Program-made: the position numbers and the translations under genes
Notes under the pieces: generated by a model
The model's input: the letters and a program-made list of their open reading frames with translations, nothing else
Database searches by the model: none
What the model was told of the DNA's origin: nothing
DNA from: Rhynchopus sp. YZ270_cl-10
Taxonomy: Eukaryota
Assembly (NCBI GenBank): GCA_964035575.1
Contig: OZ037839.1
Coordinates: 1,488,001 to 1,552,000 of the forward strand
Direction: 5' to 3'
Length of the DNA: 64,000 bases
In this document: one piece after another, positions 26,201 through 37,597 of the stretch
How the letters are laid out: each line of letters opens with the position of its first letter
How positions within the stretch are numbered: position 1 is the first letter of the stretch

Positions 26201-28080
26201 TAAAAAAAAAAGTTTGGGTACATTTTAGTGCATCCCTCTTGTACCTTCTATTTAGTAGAATGGTATATGAAACATTTTTTTTTTTTTTTTGTACAGAACC
26301 AGGTCCTCGCACAGGGTTGACTTTGTCGGATTGCTGCAAAAAGATGATGGCGATGTAGGACTCTCAAATTTTAGTAACATTTTTTTTTTCTCCCCCTGTC
26401 CCCCTGTCCCCTTCTCCCTCTCTTCCTCCCCTTCTCTTACAAATGAATGACTGCTAATTTTTTTTTATGTATTTTCTGATAAATTTTTTTAAAGCTGTCG
26501 GAATACAGAATATGATTATCGCCTATTTTGTGTTTCTGATGGGGGGGGGTTTTTTTTTGAGAAAATATGGCATTTTTTTGCATAAAATTGTCAACAAAAT
26601 TTTATAAAAAAGCTACGTTCCTTGAAGTAGTGACGATTTTATCGACAAAATCGAAGAAGGAAAAAAAAAATTCATCAGAAATACACAGAACGGCAGCCCA
26701 ACCATTATCACCCTTCCTCCCCACCCTCTCTCACTCTGTGTCTGTCAATCCTCGACAGAGTGCAGTCACTTCTTTTATCGCAACGATCTGATTGCGGCGG
26801 TCAAAATGGTCAAGTGGTCAAAGGACCTCTTCTCCCCCTTCCTTTTCGTTAGGTGAGGATCTTCTCAACTCTTCTCAAATATTTTTTTTTTCTTTTCTTT
26901 TCTTGCTGACATTTCTATAAAGTGTCTGCGCAAATTTTATTATTTCTCTTTTTGTTGCCGAATATTAAAAAAACTACATCGTGTTATGACATTTAGTGAG
27001 TTTCTGCCAAACAAAAAAACAATATGACAGTGAAATTTGCACACTATTCCAACAATTTTTGTCAAAAAAATAAAAATAAAAATAAAGTTGCCCTTCATCA
27101 TCCTCGGTTTGAATCAATTTTGGATCAGGATTTTTTAAAAAAGGAAGGGAAAAATTGATAAAAAAAAAACAACAAGCATACAAAATATAAATGACTTTTT
27201 CAGGGGAAAGTGGATTGTGCACTGAATCGCAACGACACTGTTCCATCAATTTATCAAAAAAATAGGGAGGAAAAAAACTGTGTTATTTCCTTCCGTACAA
27301 AGCTTCAGTCGACATTGAGTACAGATCTTCATATCAATCGGTGTGAAGTGATTGTCGAAACAACACTTATACGGATCAGCGACACAACAATTATTCAAAA
27401 AAAAAAAAAAAAATCCGGCAAAAAAGAAGAAATTTTTGAAAAGGAAAAGGAAAAAAGAAAAGAAACGAGATTACGAGAGAAGGTAAGGGGGACTGTGGGT
27501 TGTCCTTTATCAATTGCCGCTTTTTAGTATGGCCGACGGACCAACGCAAATTACCGAAAAAGAAACAAAAAAAAAGACCCTCAAAAACCCCCCTTTTTCC
27601 ACTTTTTCAAACAGAGTGAAGCATTCATTTTTCCTTTCAAGATTTGAATACCTACCAAAAGTGTAGCGCCCCATCACACAGGAGGACTCATCACCCTCCA
27701 TCTTTAATGATTCCCATTCATCTTACCGAGAAGAATCGGGAAAGTAGCACCTATCAGATACAAACCTCGAAATGAATTATAGCACCACCATGGGTTTTTG
27801 GTCCACACAGTGCACCAGGGTCATCACCCCCTTTTTTTACCCCACCACCCTCACCCCAAAACCACAGCAAAACCTGGGTACACAAAAATCCACCCCAACT
27901 CTCTCTCTCTCCCTCCCTCCCTCCCTCCCCCCCCCAAGCAGAACACAAAACCGTCGTATAGTGGTGGTAGTATAGTGGAGCTCATCCTCGGGTGTCTACA
28001 CTAATTCTACACTAATACAACCAAGTGTTCACAAAAACCATTTTTTTTTCAAACCCCCTCTCTCGCCCCTATATGACACA

Positions 28081-31000
28081 ATGCTCGCCTCCCCGCAGGA
28101 GGTGAAGAAAGCGGGGTCGTTCGCTGAGAAGTGGGATCCCGAGGATGAGTTGGGGGAGGTGTCTTTGGAGGAGGAGCTCGTCATCTTCAAGGCACAGGAG
28201 GAGGCGAAGGCACGGCAGCGGAAGAGCAGAGTCCAACGCATCGAGGTCCGGCAATGGCGAGACAAAGAGCACATCGAAGGCATCCTCAACCAGCCTCTCC
28301 TTCCTGTGGACGTTCAAACCGAGCTGGCAACTACAACCCAACTCATCCATGAAGGAATCCTACGGAACATGAAAGGCGACGAAAAAAGCGGTCTTTGGTG
28401 GTCCTCAGAGGGAGAGGAAGTGGTAGATTTTCGCCGATTAATGCAGTTTTCCGCCCACGTTGACGAACAGGAATGGTTAAAACGGCACCCAAACTGTACA
28501 CTAGAGGAAGCACTATCGATTTCGCCACTTCCCCGCTTCGTTGCCGCCTCACTTCCTTCAGCTCAAGAAGCGAATATCCCTGCAGAGTTTGACCTAACCC
28601 TAGAAGCCTCTACCACACACACACTCCGCTTCGCAACAATCCTCGATGCAGATGCCGTCATATCCGCTGCTCTTCGTTCGGCCCAACCTGACCTCGCATC
28701 GCGATACGTTCTCAAAGTGGTAGGCAAACGTGATTACATTTGGGGGTCAACCCGCATGGTGGATTTTACGTATATCAGAAAATGCGTCTTAGGTGGCATT
28801 CTCCCTGTGCTTTCCTTGGTTGAGGTGTCGGAGGAAGAGTGTGATGAGTCGTTGCTGCGTTATACCTTTCGTGACGTAAGCGAGGTGAAGGTGAGCTCCA
28901 GCTTTACCGGGAACGTTCAAGAGACGAAGGAGAGGACAGATGGAGCGAAACCTGCATTGCGTTATATCGATGACGCTGATTCTCATTTGTACGCGGAATA
29001 CCACTCCTATGATATGAACACTGATATCGAGGTGTCCGTTGAGTCGCTCTCGTGTATATGCTTACCACGCCACCTCGCGAAGGAGGGAGAGGAGGGGCGT
29101 GCTATGTATGTCTCGATCGTAGGTCAAATCTTTCATGGAACGGAAGGCTTAACCAAACCGATTGCGACCCCATGGAGAGTGGTAAATGACATAGGCGCAG
29201 AGTCTCTTTCCAACGCAGTGTGGGGAGGCGATATAGGCACCCTTCGCTTCCCCTTTAAGCTGTGCAATCTGCCGAGGGATGGGAGGCTGTGTTTTTCTGC
29301 TGCAGCGAGTTTTGATAAATCGTTTGTGACAAAAACAAAGGAAAACCTTGCGTGGGATGCGTCAAGCCTGTTGGAGAGCGAAGATGACAAAGAGGATGAA
29401 GGGAGTACATTGTTTTACCTTGGGTGGGTGAATCTGCAGTTTTTTGACCATGTAGGGTGTCTTCAATCTGGAAAAAAAGCTTTAAAAATGTGGCTAGGTG
29501 AGCAGGCAAATCCTATAGGAGTAGTTTCCACGCCAAAGAAAGAGAGTCATTTGGCTTTGGGAATTCGTTTACAACAATTCGCAAAACCGGTTCAATTTGA
29601 GTATGGAGAGGCCCCAGCGTATCTTCGAGAAGCATTAGTCGAAAAACACAAACAACGCATGAACGCCCTAGAACCGCATCTCCGCAAGAATGTGGTGAAC
29701 CAAATCCGTCAGGTCCGTTCGGTGATTCAAAAGGACCCGTTGTATAGGTTGACAGATGTGGATAAAATACTGTTGTGGCAGTTTCGTGGAGATTTGATCG
29801 AAAACCCGCACGCACTATCAAAATTTTTGCAGGCAATAGAGTGGTCATCACCGGCTGCGGTGCAGGACTGCATCTCCCTTCTATTTAACGAAGACAAAGC
29901 GGAGCGGTGGTCCCTCCCTCCGGCAGGCGAAGAGCTGCTAGCCTTAGAGCTTCTCGACGCACGCTACGCCAACTCTAAAGTGCGTGAGTACGCTCTCTCC
30001 ATTCTCGACCGTCTTCCCGATCCTCTCCTGCAGCAATGCATTCTCCAGCTTGTACAGGTCTTGAAATACGAGCCGTATCATTATTCAGCACTTAGCAGGT
30101 TTTTGCTGAAAAGGTCTGTGAATAGTCCGCATTTAGTAGGGCATGCAGTGTTTTGGCATTTAAAAGCGGAGATGGGGTCTTCAGCAGTCCAGGAAAGACA
30201 TGGTTTGTTGGTGGAGGAAATGTTGCGTCGTGTGCCAGTTCCGGTTCGACGCGGATTTGAAAAGCAAGATGCCTTAGTAGAAGTAATGCTAAAAATCGCA
30301 ATCGACATCAAAAAGACGAAGCAAAAAGACCGCAACCCAGCCCTCCGTGTTGAGCTTGAAAAGGTGCAGAAAATTTTGTCGGACGATATCAAATTCACAC
30401 TGCCTCTCGACCCACGGATGGAATGCTCTGGTCTCAAGGTCGAAAAATGCAAGGTAATGGACTCCAAAAAGCTTCCCCTCTGGCTCGTTTTCAAGAACGC
30501 CGACCCCCAGGGGGCACCGATTTACGTTATTTTCAAGGCGGGCGATGATTTAAGGCAGGATCTCTTAACATTACAGATCATAACAATGATGGACACAATG
30601 TGGAAGGCGCAGGGAATGGATCTGCGTATGTCCCCTTATGGGTGTGTGGCATGCGACGACGGGGTTGGGATGATCGAGGTAGTGCTGAACAGCGAAACCA
30701 TCGCAAATATTACGAAAAAGAGCGGCGGCGCCTCGATGGCATTTAAAGAGGAGCCGATGACCAACTGGCTGCGCAAACAGGACTGCAATCGCTCGCCGGA
30801 AGGGATCAAAAAATGCATGTACAACTTCATCTACTCCTGCAGCGGGTATTGCGTGGCAACGTACATTTTGGGGATTGGAGACCGTCACAACGACAATATC
30901 ATGCTGCAAGAGGATGGAACTCTTTTTCACATCGATTTTGGCCACTTTCTTGGCAACTTTAAAGCAAAATTTGGGATCAAAAGAGAAACGTCACCCTTTG

Positions 31001-31320
31001 TGTTCACTCCAATGTACGCCTATGTGCTAGGAGGGGAAAAAAGCGGGGTATACAAACACTTTGTCTCAGTAGCATGCGATGCGTACAACATAGTGAGGAA
31101 GAGCTCGCACATCATTGTCAGTCTCTTTGCGCTGATGCTGTCAACAGGGATCCCGGAGCTGGAGAAGCCGGATGACATAGAATGGTTGCAGAAGGTGCTT
31201 CTCGTGGGTGAGGACGACAACAACGCGAGAGGCCATTACGAAGACAGAATACGTGAGTCGCTTGCGAACAAACGGATTCTACTGAATGACTACATCCATA
31301 TCCGTGTACATTCCAAGTAG
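28081..31320 (+). CDS. Phosphatidylinositol 3-kinase catalytic subunit, class I-like, 1079 aa
   Basis: Ras-binding-like region (YVLKVVGKRDYIWG), C2 (NLPRDGRLCF, LGWVNLQFFD), helical domain (LELLDARY, QLVQVLKYE), kinase motifs MDSKKLPLWL, FKAGDDLRQD, LGIGDRHNDNIM, HIDFGHFLGNFK. Confidence 0.96.
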   Translation: MLASPQEVKKAGSFAEKWDPEDELGEVSLEEELVIFKAQEEAKARQRKSRVQRIEVRQWRDKEHIEGILNQPLLPVDVQTELATTTQLIHEGILRNMKGDEKSGLWWSSEGEEVVDFRRLMQFSAHVDEQEWLKRHPNCTLEEALSISPLPRFVAASLPSAQEANIPAEFDLTLEASTTHTLRFATILDADAVISAALRSAQPDLASRYVLKVVGKRDYIWGSTRMVDFTYIRKCVLGGILPVLSLVEVSEEECDESLLRYTFRDVSEVKVSSSFTGNVQETKERTDGAKPALRYIDDADSHLYAEYHSYDMNTDIEVSVESLSCICLPRHLAKEGEEGRAMYVSIVGQIFHGTEGLTKPIATPWRVVNDIGAESLSNAVWGGDIGTLRFPFKLCNLPRDGRLCFSAAASFDKSFVTKTKENLAWDASSLLESEDDKEDEGSTLFYLGWVNLQFFDHVGCLQSGKKALKMWLGEQANPIGVVSTPKKESHLALGIRLQQFAKPVQFEYGEAPAYLREALVEKHKQRMNALEPHLRKNVVNQIRQVRSVIQKDPLYRLTDVDKILLWQFRGDLIENPHALSKFLQAIEWSSPAAVQDCISLLFNEDKAERWSLPPAGEELLALELLDARYANSKVREYALSILDRLPDPLLQQCILQLVQVLKYEPYHYSALSRFLLKRSVNSPHLVGHAVFWHLKAEMGSSAVQERHGLLVEEMLRRVPVPVRRGFEKQDALVEVMLKIAIDIKKTKQKDRNPALRVELEKVQKILSDDIKFTLPLDPRMECSGLKVEKCKVMDSKKLPLWLVFKNADPQGAPIYVIFKAGDDLRQDLLTLQIITMMDTMWKAQGMDLRMSPYGCVACDDGVGMIEVVLNSETIANITKKSGGASMAFKEEPMTNWLRKQDCNRSPEGIKKCMYNFIYSCSGYCVATYILGIGDRHNDNIMLQEDGTLFHIDFGHFLGNFKAKFGIKRETSPFVFTPMYAYVLGGEKSGVYKHFVSVACDAYNIVRKSSHIIVSLFALMLSTGIPELEKPDDIEWLQKVLLVGEDDNNARGHYEDRIRESLANKRILLNDYIHIRVHSK

Positions 31321-32051
31321 CTTCTTTTCACCACTTCATAACCTCGTTTTTACCCAAATGTACGGCGATGCGAGAAGGTGAATACATTATGAGAGATTTA
31401 CAGTTTTCTGCACTTTTTCTTTCTGATGTAAAACGAAATAGATTGTAGGACTGCATGGTTTGGGTGCCTACCCCCGGTACAGCCGGTCATTTGTACCAAA
31501 GGTACACGGTTCACGAGAGGGCTGTTGTATTTCAAGTCAACTTTTGTGTTTCTCGCTGCCTGGCAGATCAAACCATTTTACTAATGCCGGGGGGCGAGGG
31601 GAGGAGGAGGAGGGGTTTACACGGTGTACCCTGTCACGCAAAAAGGTACACTGTCATGAGAGAGGGCTTTCTTTTTTTTTTGTATTTCAACAATTTGTTT
31701 TGGGTGAGAGGGGGTGGTGATGCAAAGAAAACGCTGATGCATTGTTTTGACATTTTTTATTTTTGTTTTATTTTATTTTTGACCCAGGGTCCTCAACCGT
31801 AGACAAAGTCTGGCCACAGATTTGTCTAAGTTAAAAAAAAAGGCTAAAAAAAAATTTTCGCGCTCCGCGCGAAAAGGTCCTGTACAAAGCTAAAAATTGG
31901 GGGCTTTTTTTTTTTGTGTTGCTTTTTCGAAACTCGTTAAGCGGTCTTTTCATTTCAATAGAAGAGTTCGACAAATGAACAATCACACCCCACCCCACCC
32001 CTTCGCCCCACCCGTACCCCTAACCCCATTGTCCCCCCAACCTGATAAGCA

Positions 32052-34898
32052 TCACACAGAAACTCTAACCTTCTTTCTTTTAAAGGCTTCAAAAATCCTT
32101 TGGATTTGGTCAGGCGTAAATTTATTCTCATTTGTCTCTGCCTGTTTGCACATATGAATGCATAGCAGACTTGAATCCAGCAGTTTGTTTCTGTAGCTAT
32201 TCTTGACGTACTTCATGCCGTTGAAGCAGCGCTCGTCTTCAACTGATGTGACGGGGATTGACAACCCAAGCAAAACAAGATCCCTCATAATGGGGTAGGC
32301 GTCTCCTGCGGAACTTGTCAAGAATGTTGCGATCAGGTCCGAAGTGTCCTTTGTTGTAGTTCTCTTCGACAAAACGTCCACCAGGATCCTCCATTCTTTC
32401 ACAGCTACAGCTTTCTTTGTCTCCAGACTGTTCAGTTCTGGCGACTCCTCAACGAACGGCGTCGTGTCCACGCTCAGTAACGGCGTTGTTTGAGTGCGCG
32501 ATATCACAGTATGCTCCGTCTTGGAGTACTCTGGTCTCCCACGCGTCTTCTCGCCCACAACATCGTACTTTTTGTACTCGAGTGTATGCAGCTCAGTAAA
32601 TTCCTCGATGAGCTTCTTCACCTCGGTGTTGCCGTAGATCGCCAGCCCGTCCGCGTTAGCAGGGAGGTTGCGGATGTCGAATACTGAGAAGCATCTCACA
32701 ATGTCCATGTTCACGAATCGTTCACTGAGGCACTTCAGCAGCTCCTTGAGGTATGGCTTGCAGACCGTGTCGTGATGAATCGCAAAGTTCCGACGGGAAA
32801 GTTTTGTACCGTGGCATTGATTATACCTCGGTACCCATTCTGGGTAGAACGGGAACATGTTCGGGTTGGTTTCAAGCAACGACAATGACGCAACACATTT
32901 GTCGATGTGGCTGCAAACGGTGAGCAGGTTTGTGTTCCTGCTCTGGAGCGACGTCGACAGCACGTTCAACTCGTCCAGGACCACCGTCATGAAGGACAAC
33001 GTTGCAAAAAAACCGGGCTCTTTGATGTGCTGCGCGATGAACGGTGCTTCCACGTCGCCGGCCTCTCCAAGCTTGCACAGGGCGCTGTGCACGGCGGGGT
33101 ACTCCTTGCGGACGGTGCTGCAACACCTGCCGTTGGTGAGCCACCGGGTGTCACCCGGCTTTGCGATGAGGATGTCACAGTACTCACACAAGTCGCGAAG
33201 TTCCTCCAGCATCTCCTCCAGGGTGTCGAGCTTAATCTTGGATCCCGAAAAAAAAACCCACACCCACCGCAGGCCGTCGAAGAACCGGGTAATCTCCGGC
33301 GATTTCCCCTCTGCCGCTGCTTCTGGGCCACAGAGTGCGAGGGAGTGTGCGTAGCACCAGGTGAAGAGGGCGCCTGGGTTTATGTCTGCACGGATTTGTT
33401 GTTGGCAGCCCTTGTTCGAGGAACGCATTGCCGATGCGCCATCAAACGAGCATCCACTCATCTTCCCGTAGTCGAGCCCGAGCTGGTCTATCCACTTCGT
33501 CAGCAACGACGCGTAACCAGCCCCCGTCTGGTCCTTCAGCTCACCCATCATGATGAGCTTCTCGACGGGGGTGGCACCGACCATGTATCGCACGACGAAG
33601 ACGAGTTGCTCCTTCTTGCTGACGTCGCGTGAGCAATCCCCCGACAGGCCCCAGAAACGGGAGGCTTTGACCTGCTTGAGGAGGTCTTCTGTCAACACCT
33701 CCGTGATGCAGGACATGATCTCTAAGACTGCACCGCAGCTGAGATAGCGTATTTGTTGTCTGAGGTATGCCTCCATGTCGGTGCACTCCAGCTTGTCTGC
33801 GAAAAAACTCAGAAACTCCTCCAAGTTAGAGTGCCCTACACCTTTGCGCGCGAGGAAAACAATAACCTCAATGCATATTTTCAGCATTTTTTGGTTGAAC
33901 TCGACTTCTTTGTCGCTGTTGGCGTGCAACGTGTGAAGCACGGTTCCATTGGAAGCCTGCAGAGCGGCAGCCTTCACGAGACGTTGGTGTTTGGGGTCGC
34001 CTGCATGCGCAGGGAGGTCTCTGGCGAGCTTGGTCTTTGCATGAGAGAAAGCACCACAATACAAGCACTTGAACTTGTCTTCACCCACCACCAACCAGGG
34101 GGAAAAACGGTTCAAATGGCCCTGCACCGTGCTCTCCCGCAGACCCATACAACCTTTCTCCTGCGCTTCGCGTTTACGTTTCAGCGTGTTGGTGGAGTCG
34201 GTGTTCGCTGGTGCGGTCGTGGTGTTCGTGAGGTTGGGATTGTTCGTGTTGGAGTGCGTGGGACCTAAGAAGACAACATCGCCGTCAGAAGAGTACTCGT
34301 CGACATCATCGATTTCCATTGCTGCCTCGGGTTGCTCGGATGCTGCGTTGCGTCTCACTGGCACACATTGCTCCTCCTCCTCTTCTTCGGACGTTGAATC
34401 CACGTACTTAACAGCACTCACCTGTGGAGCCATCATCACCACACGTTTCTTCACCTTCTTGCCTTGCGACACCTGGCTCTGCACAGACACGGCAGAGGCA
34501 TCGCTGTCTCCCCCCTTCTCTGCTTCGTTCATGGCGAACTCATGCGCCTCCGCAACGATCGTCAGGATCGTCTTCCGCTTGCTCCCCTCCCTGTCGTCGT
34601 CCGCCAGTTTGGCGCGATCAAACTCCTTCAACCAGAGTTTGAGCACCTTGTTGGTGTCGTTCTGGTGGTTTTTAAACCCCCTCACCGTCCCCTCCGCCAC
34701 AAGAAAAAGGTGAAGGGAAGCGAGCCGGGGTGTCGGACCATCGGGGATGGACTTGTACTTGCCTGAAGACCACAGGTCGTAGTGCGTATCCCCTTTGTTG
34801 GGTTCCACCACACGTACCACAGGTGCCGCAACAGCTCCCTTCTTGAACATGGACACGATGGTGGGCTGTGCTTTGGAGGTCTTGGCAGTGGCAGGCAT
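32052..34898 (-). CDS. hAT transposase, 948 aa (copy 2)
   Basis: Same protein as 15803-18649 except one visible change, CILMC to CIHMC. Confidence 0.95.
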   Translation of the reverse strand: MPATAKTSKAQPTIVSMFKKGAVAAPVVRVVEPNKGDTHYDLWSSGKYKSIPDGPTPRLASLHLFLVAEGTVRGFKNHQNDTNKVLKLWLKEFDRAKLADDDREGSKRKTILTIVAEAHEFAMNEAEKGGDSDASAVSVQSQVSQGKKVKKRVVMMAPQVSAVKYVDSTSEEEEEEQCVPVRRNAASEQPEAAMEIDDVDEYSSDGDVVFLGPTHSNTNNPNLTNTTTAPANTDSTNTLKRKREAQEKGCMGLRESTVQGHLNRFSPWLVVGEDKFKCLYCGAFSHAKTKLARDLPAHAGDPKHQRLVKAAALQASNGTVLHTLHANSDKEVEFNQKMLKICIEVIVFLARKGVGHSNLEEFLSFFADKLECTDMEAYLRQQIRYLSCGAVLEIMSCITEVLTEDLLKQVKASRFWGLSGDCSRDVSKKEQLVFVVRYMVGATPVEKLIMMGELKDQTGAGYASLLTKWIDQLGLDYGKMSGCSFDGASAMRSSNKGCQQQIRADINPGALFTWCYAHSLALCGPEAAAEGKSPEITRFFDGLRWVWVFFSGSKIKLDTLEEMLEELRDLCEYCDILIAKPGDTRWLTNGRCCSTVRKEYPAVHSALCKLGEAGDVEAPFIAQHIKEPGFFATLSFMTVVLDELNVLSTSLQSRNTNLLTVCSHIDKCVASLSLLETNPNMFPFYPEWVPRYNQCHGTKLSRRNFAIHHDTVCKPYLKELLKCLSERFVNMDIVRCFSVFDIRNLPANADGLAIYGNTEVKKLIEEFTELHTLEYKKYDVVGEKTRGRPEYSKTEHTVISRTQTTPLLSVDTTPFVEESPELNSLETKKAVAVKEWRILVDVLSKRTTTKDTSDLIATFLTSSAGDAYPIMRDLVLLGLSIPVTSVEDERCFNGMKYVKNSYRNKLLDSSLLCIHMCKQAETNENKFTPDQIQRIFEAFKRKKVRVSV

Positions 34899-35271
34899 TT
34901 TTGCGGATGAGTTTGTTCAATTGTAGTTAGTCTGAGGAGGTGGCTTGTGTGGGTGGGTACAATGGGGTCCGCGCAGGTGAGGACTGAGGGAGTCTTGAGG
35001 GAACTCATTTTTTTTTTTTGTTTTCAGTAAAGCTTCTTCTCTTTCAAACCACCCAAAAACCCAAAACCCAGGTTTTGTCTAACTTAGACAAAGCGTTTTT
35101 CAAAAAAAAAAAAAGGGTTAAATCCGGTGGTACCCATTTTCCTAGTACCCATTTTCGTTAATACCCATTTTTCAAAAGTGGGTACTAACGAAAATAAAAA
35201 GTGGGTATTAAAGAAAAGAAAAAATGGGTATTATCGAAAATATTTTGGGTACCTGGGTACTGGGTACCCAG

Positions 35272-35743
35272 GTACCCAGATACCCAGATACCCAGATACC
35301 CAGATACCCAGATACCCAGATACCCAGATACCCAGATACCCAGATACCCAGATACCCAGATACCCAGATACCCAGATACCCAGATACCCAGATACCCAGA
35401 TACCCAGATACCCAGATACCCAGATACCCAGATACCCAGATACCCAGATACCCAGATACCCAGATACCCAGATACCCAGATACCCAGATACCCAGATACC
35501 CAGATACCCAGATACCCAGATACCCAGATACCCAGATACCCAGATACCCAGATACCCAGATACCCAGATACCCAGATACCCAGATACCCAGATACCCAGA
35601 TACCCAGATACCCAGATACCCAGATACCCAGATACCCAGATACCCAGATACCCAGATACCCAGATACCCAGATACCCAGATACCCAGATACCCAGATACC
35701 CAGATACCCAGATACCCAGATACCCAGATACCCAGATACCCAG
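35272..35743. repeat. Octamer tandem array (GATACCCA)n, ~59 copies
   Basis: Directly visible, immediately inside the left MULE TIR. Confidence 0.98.
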
Positions 35744-36649
35744 GAACACAAGGAAAAAAGTCGTGAAAGAGCAACCACAGCTCCACATGACAAACACAAA
35801 AGTGTCCAGTCACGTGGGGCATTCATGCACTGAGGAGATAATGATCCAACAATTTACAAGAAAGATTACTTAACCTACTGCTGGAAATTGCCAGGTCGTA
35901 GTAACACACAAAGTGTGCCTCCGTTCGGGAAGACCGGATATTCTAGAGACCAAAAAGGCCTCAAGAATATCTTCCGGTAGTCAAGGTAGAACCGAGTGAA
36001 CGGCCCAAGACCCCCGTGGAGAAGTTAAATGTTGTAATGCTATCAGGTAGAAACTGCGAACACTGTCTTACCCTCCTCAATGCATGGTGGTTGATGTCTT
36101 CCACAACAAATTTCCTGTACCCAGGTACCCAGGTTCCCAGACCCACGCAGTACCACGTCGCAGTACTACGCAAAATTTACCACCAGACCCTGTCTTCGTG
36201 CACCTGAAGTACAACGCCGCAGACAGGCCAAACATGCGTTGGACTCAGAGGAATGCCCGCTGTGCAGGTATCATGAGAACCAACTCCCAGCAACAAGGGG
36301 CGCCTTTTGGCGGGCGTTGTTGAGGGTGTTTGGGGTGCAAAGTTTTCCACAATTTTGATGCGCGGGTACAGAAGTGTTATCTTGTTCTTTCATCTCTAAG
36401 AAATGTAAATGTCAATCGCGTTTAACTACCACTAGGGCTTGTTTAGTGAACCCACGAGGGGTCGAAGGGGGTTGGTTATCCCGTATCTATCAAAGGTTGT
36501 GTCGACCAGGCGAAACCACTATGTTACGCTGTACGTTGTTAAATCCGAAGAAATAACACTTTAGCAGCCGCAGGAAGTTTGCTAAAAAGAGTGCCTCACG
36601 CTACACAAACCACCACCCGCGATTGACTTAGATGTTATAACAAAGAGAA

Positions 36650-36915
36650 TTCAGAACAAAACAACACCCTGCCCCATACACACTAAATTGTCATGCTTCA
36701 AGAGCATGCCTGGGCCAAAATTACTATGACGAAAAGGCAACAAGACCACCCACAAGGAGTGTGAATTGTGCACTGGTTTTCTGGGGGAACAAACAATATT
36801 TTCTTGTGTCTAGTCCTCCGTAAGCAGAGGACAGACTTTCCGGAAGGTTTCCAAAGTCGAATTTCTTGCACTAGCTATGCTCCCTGGGTTAATGGCTATA
36901 GCAGTGACTGACAAA
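36650..36915 (+). ncRNA. Candidate structured non-coding module, copy 1
   Basis: High similarity to ~60868-61092 with frame-breaking indels in loops; hairpins CATGCT/AGCATG, GTCCTC/GAGGAC, GACTTT/AAAGTC, CACTAGCTATG/TATAGCAGTG. Confidence 0.4.
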
Positions 36916-37597
36916 GTGTTCCCACCCCCTTTTCACCGTAGATATACTCCCGAGATTGATGCCGGTTAACGCCCTTTGAATTTTGAGTTCCTGAATGTCG
37001 GAGAGCGGCGAAGGTTCAATATGTTCGCTCGTTCTGCGCAGTTGGTTCTCGATGTTGCACTCGCGATACCTGTTTAAAAGTGAAGTTGTGAGTGGTGGGG
37101 AAATTAAAGAAGGTGACTTCTTAAAAAATAAGTTGGCCTGAGGGTGTAAAATATTGTTCTGGAGACATTGCAAGAGGGGGGGTCACTTATGACCTGGATT
37201 GAACGCAAATGAGAACGGCATAAAAAGAGTAGCAAATGAGGAGGCGCTTCCGTTAAACGGAACACGCTACGGCAGCGCGAGAGGAGGATCATGTGAGGAA
37301 TAATTCATCAAGTAGTAGGGGAAATGAGAACAGAGGGAATAAAGATACTATAAAAAAACGTCGGGTGTTGTTGGGGGTATCGTTTTCGTGATTGCTTTGC
37401 TTTTTTTTTTATGTATCTGTACAAGGCAGGTGACCGGACGAGGTGTCACTACTCTAAACTCTAAACTCTAAAAGAAAATAAAAACAAGGGACAAAAAACA
37501 AACAATGATCAAGTCATCACATTGCCACCTCCACCAGGCTAAAGAACGAGATCAAATCACTCTAAACTCTAAAAAAAAATGATTTTAAAAAAAAAAA

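Noticed and set aside
35127..35873. ORFs with PRYPDTQI / GYLGIWVS repeats (also 40497-41194 and 41680-42027)
   Set aside because: Translations of tandem DNA repeats that are open in several frames
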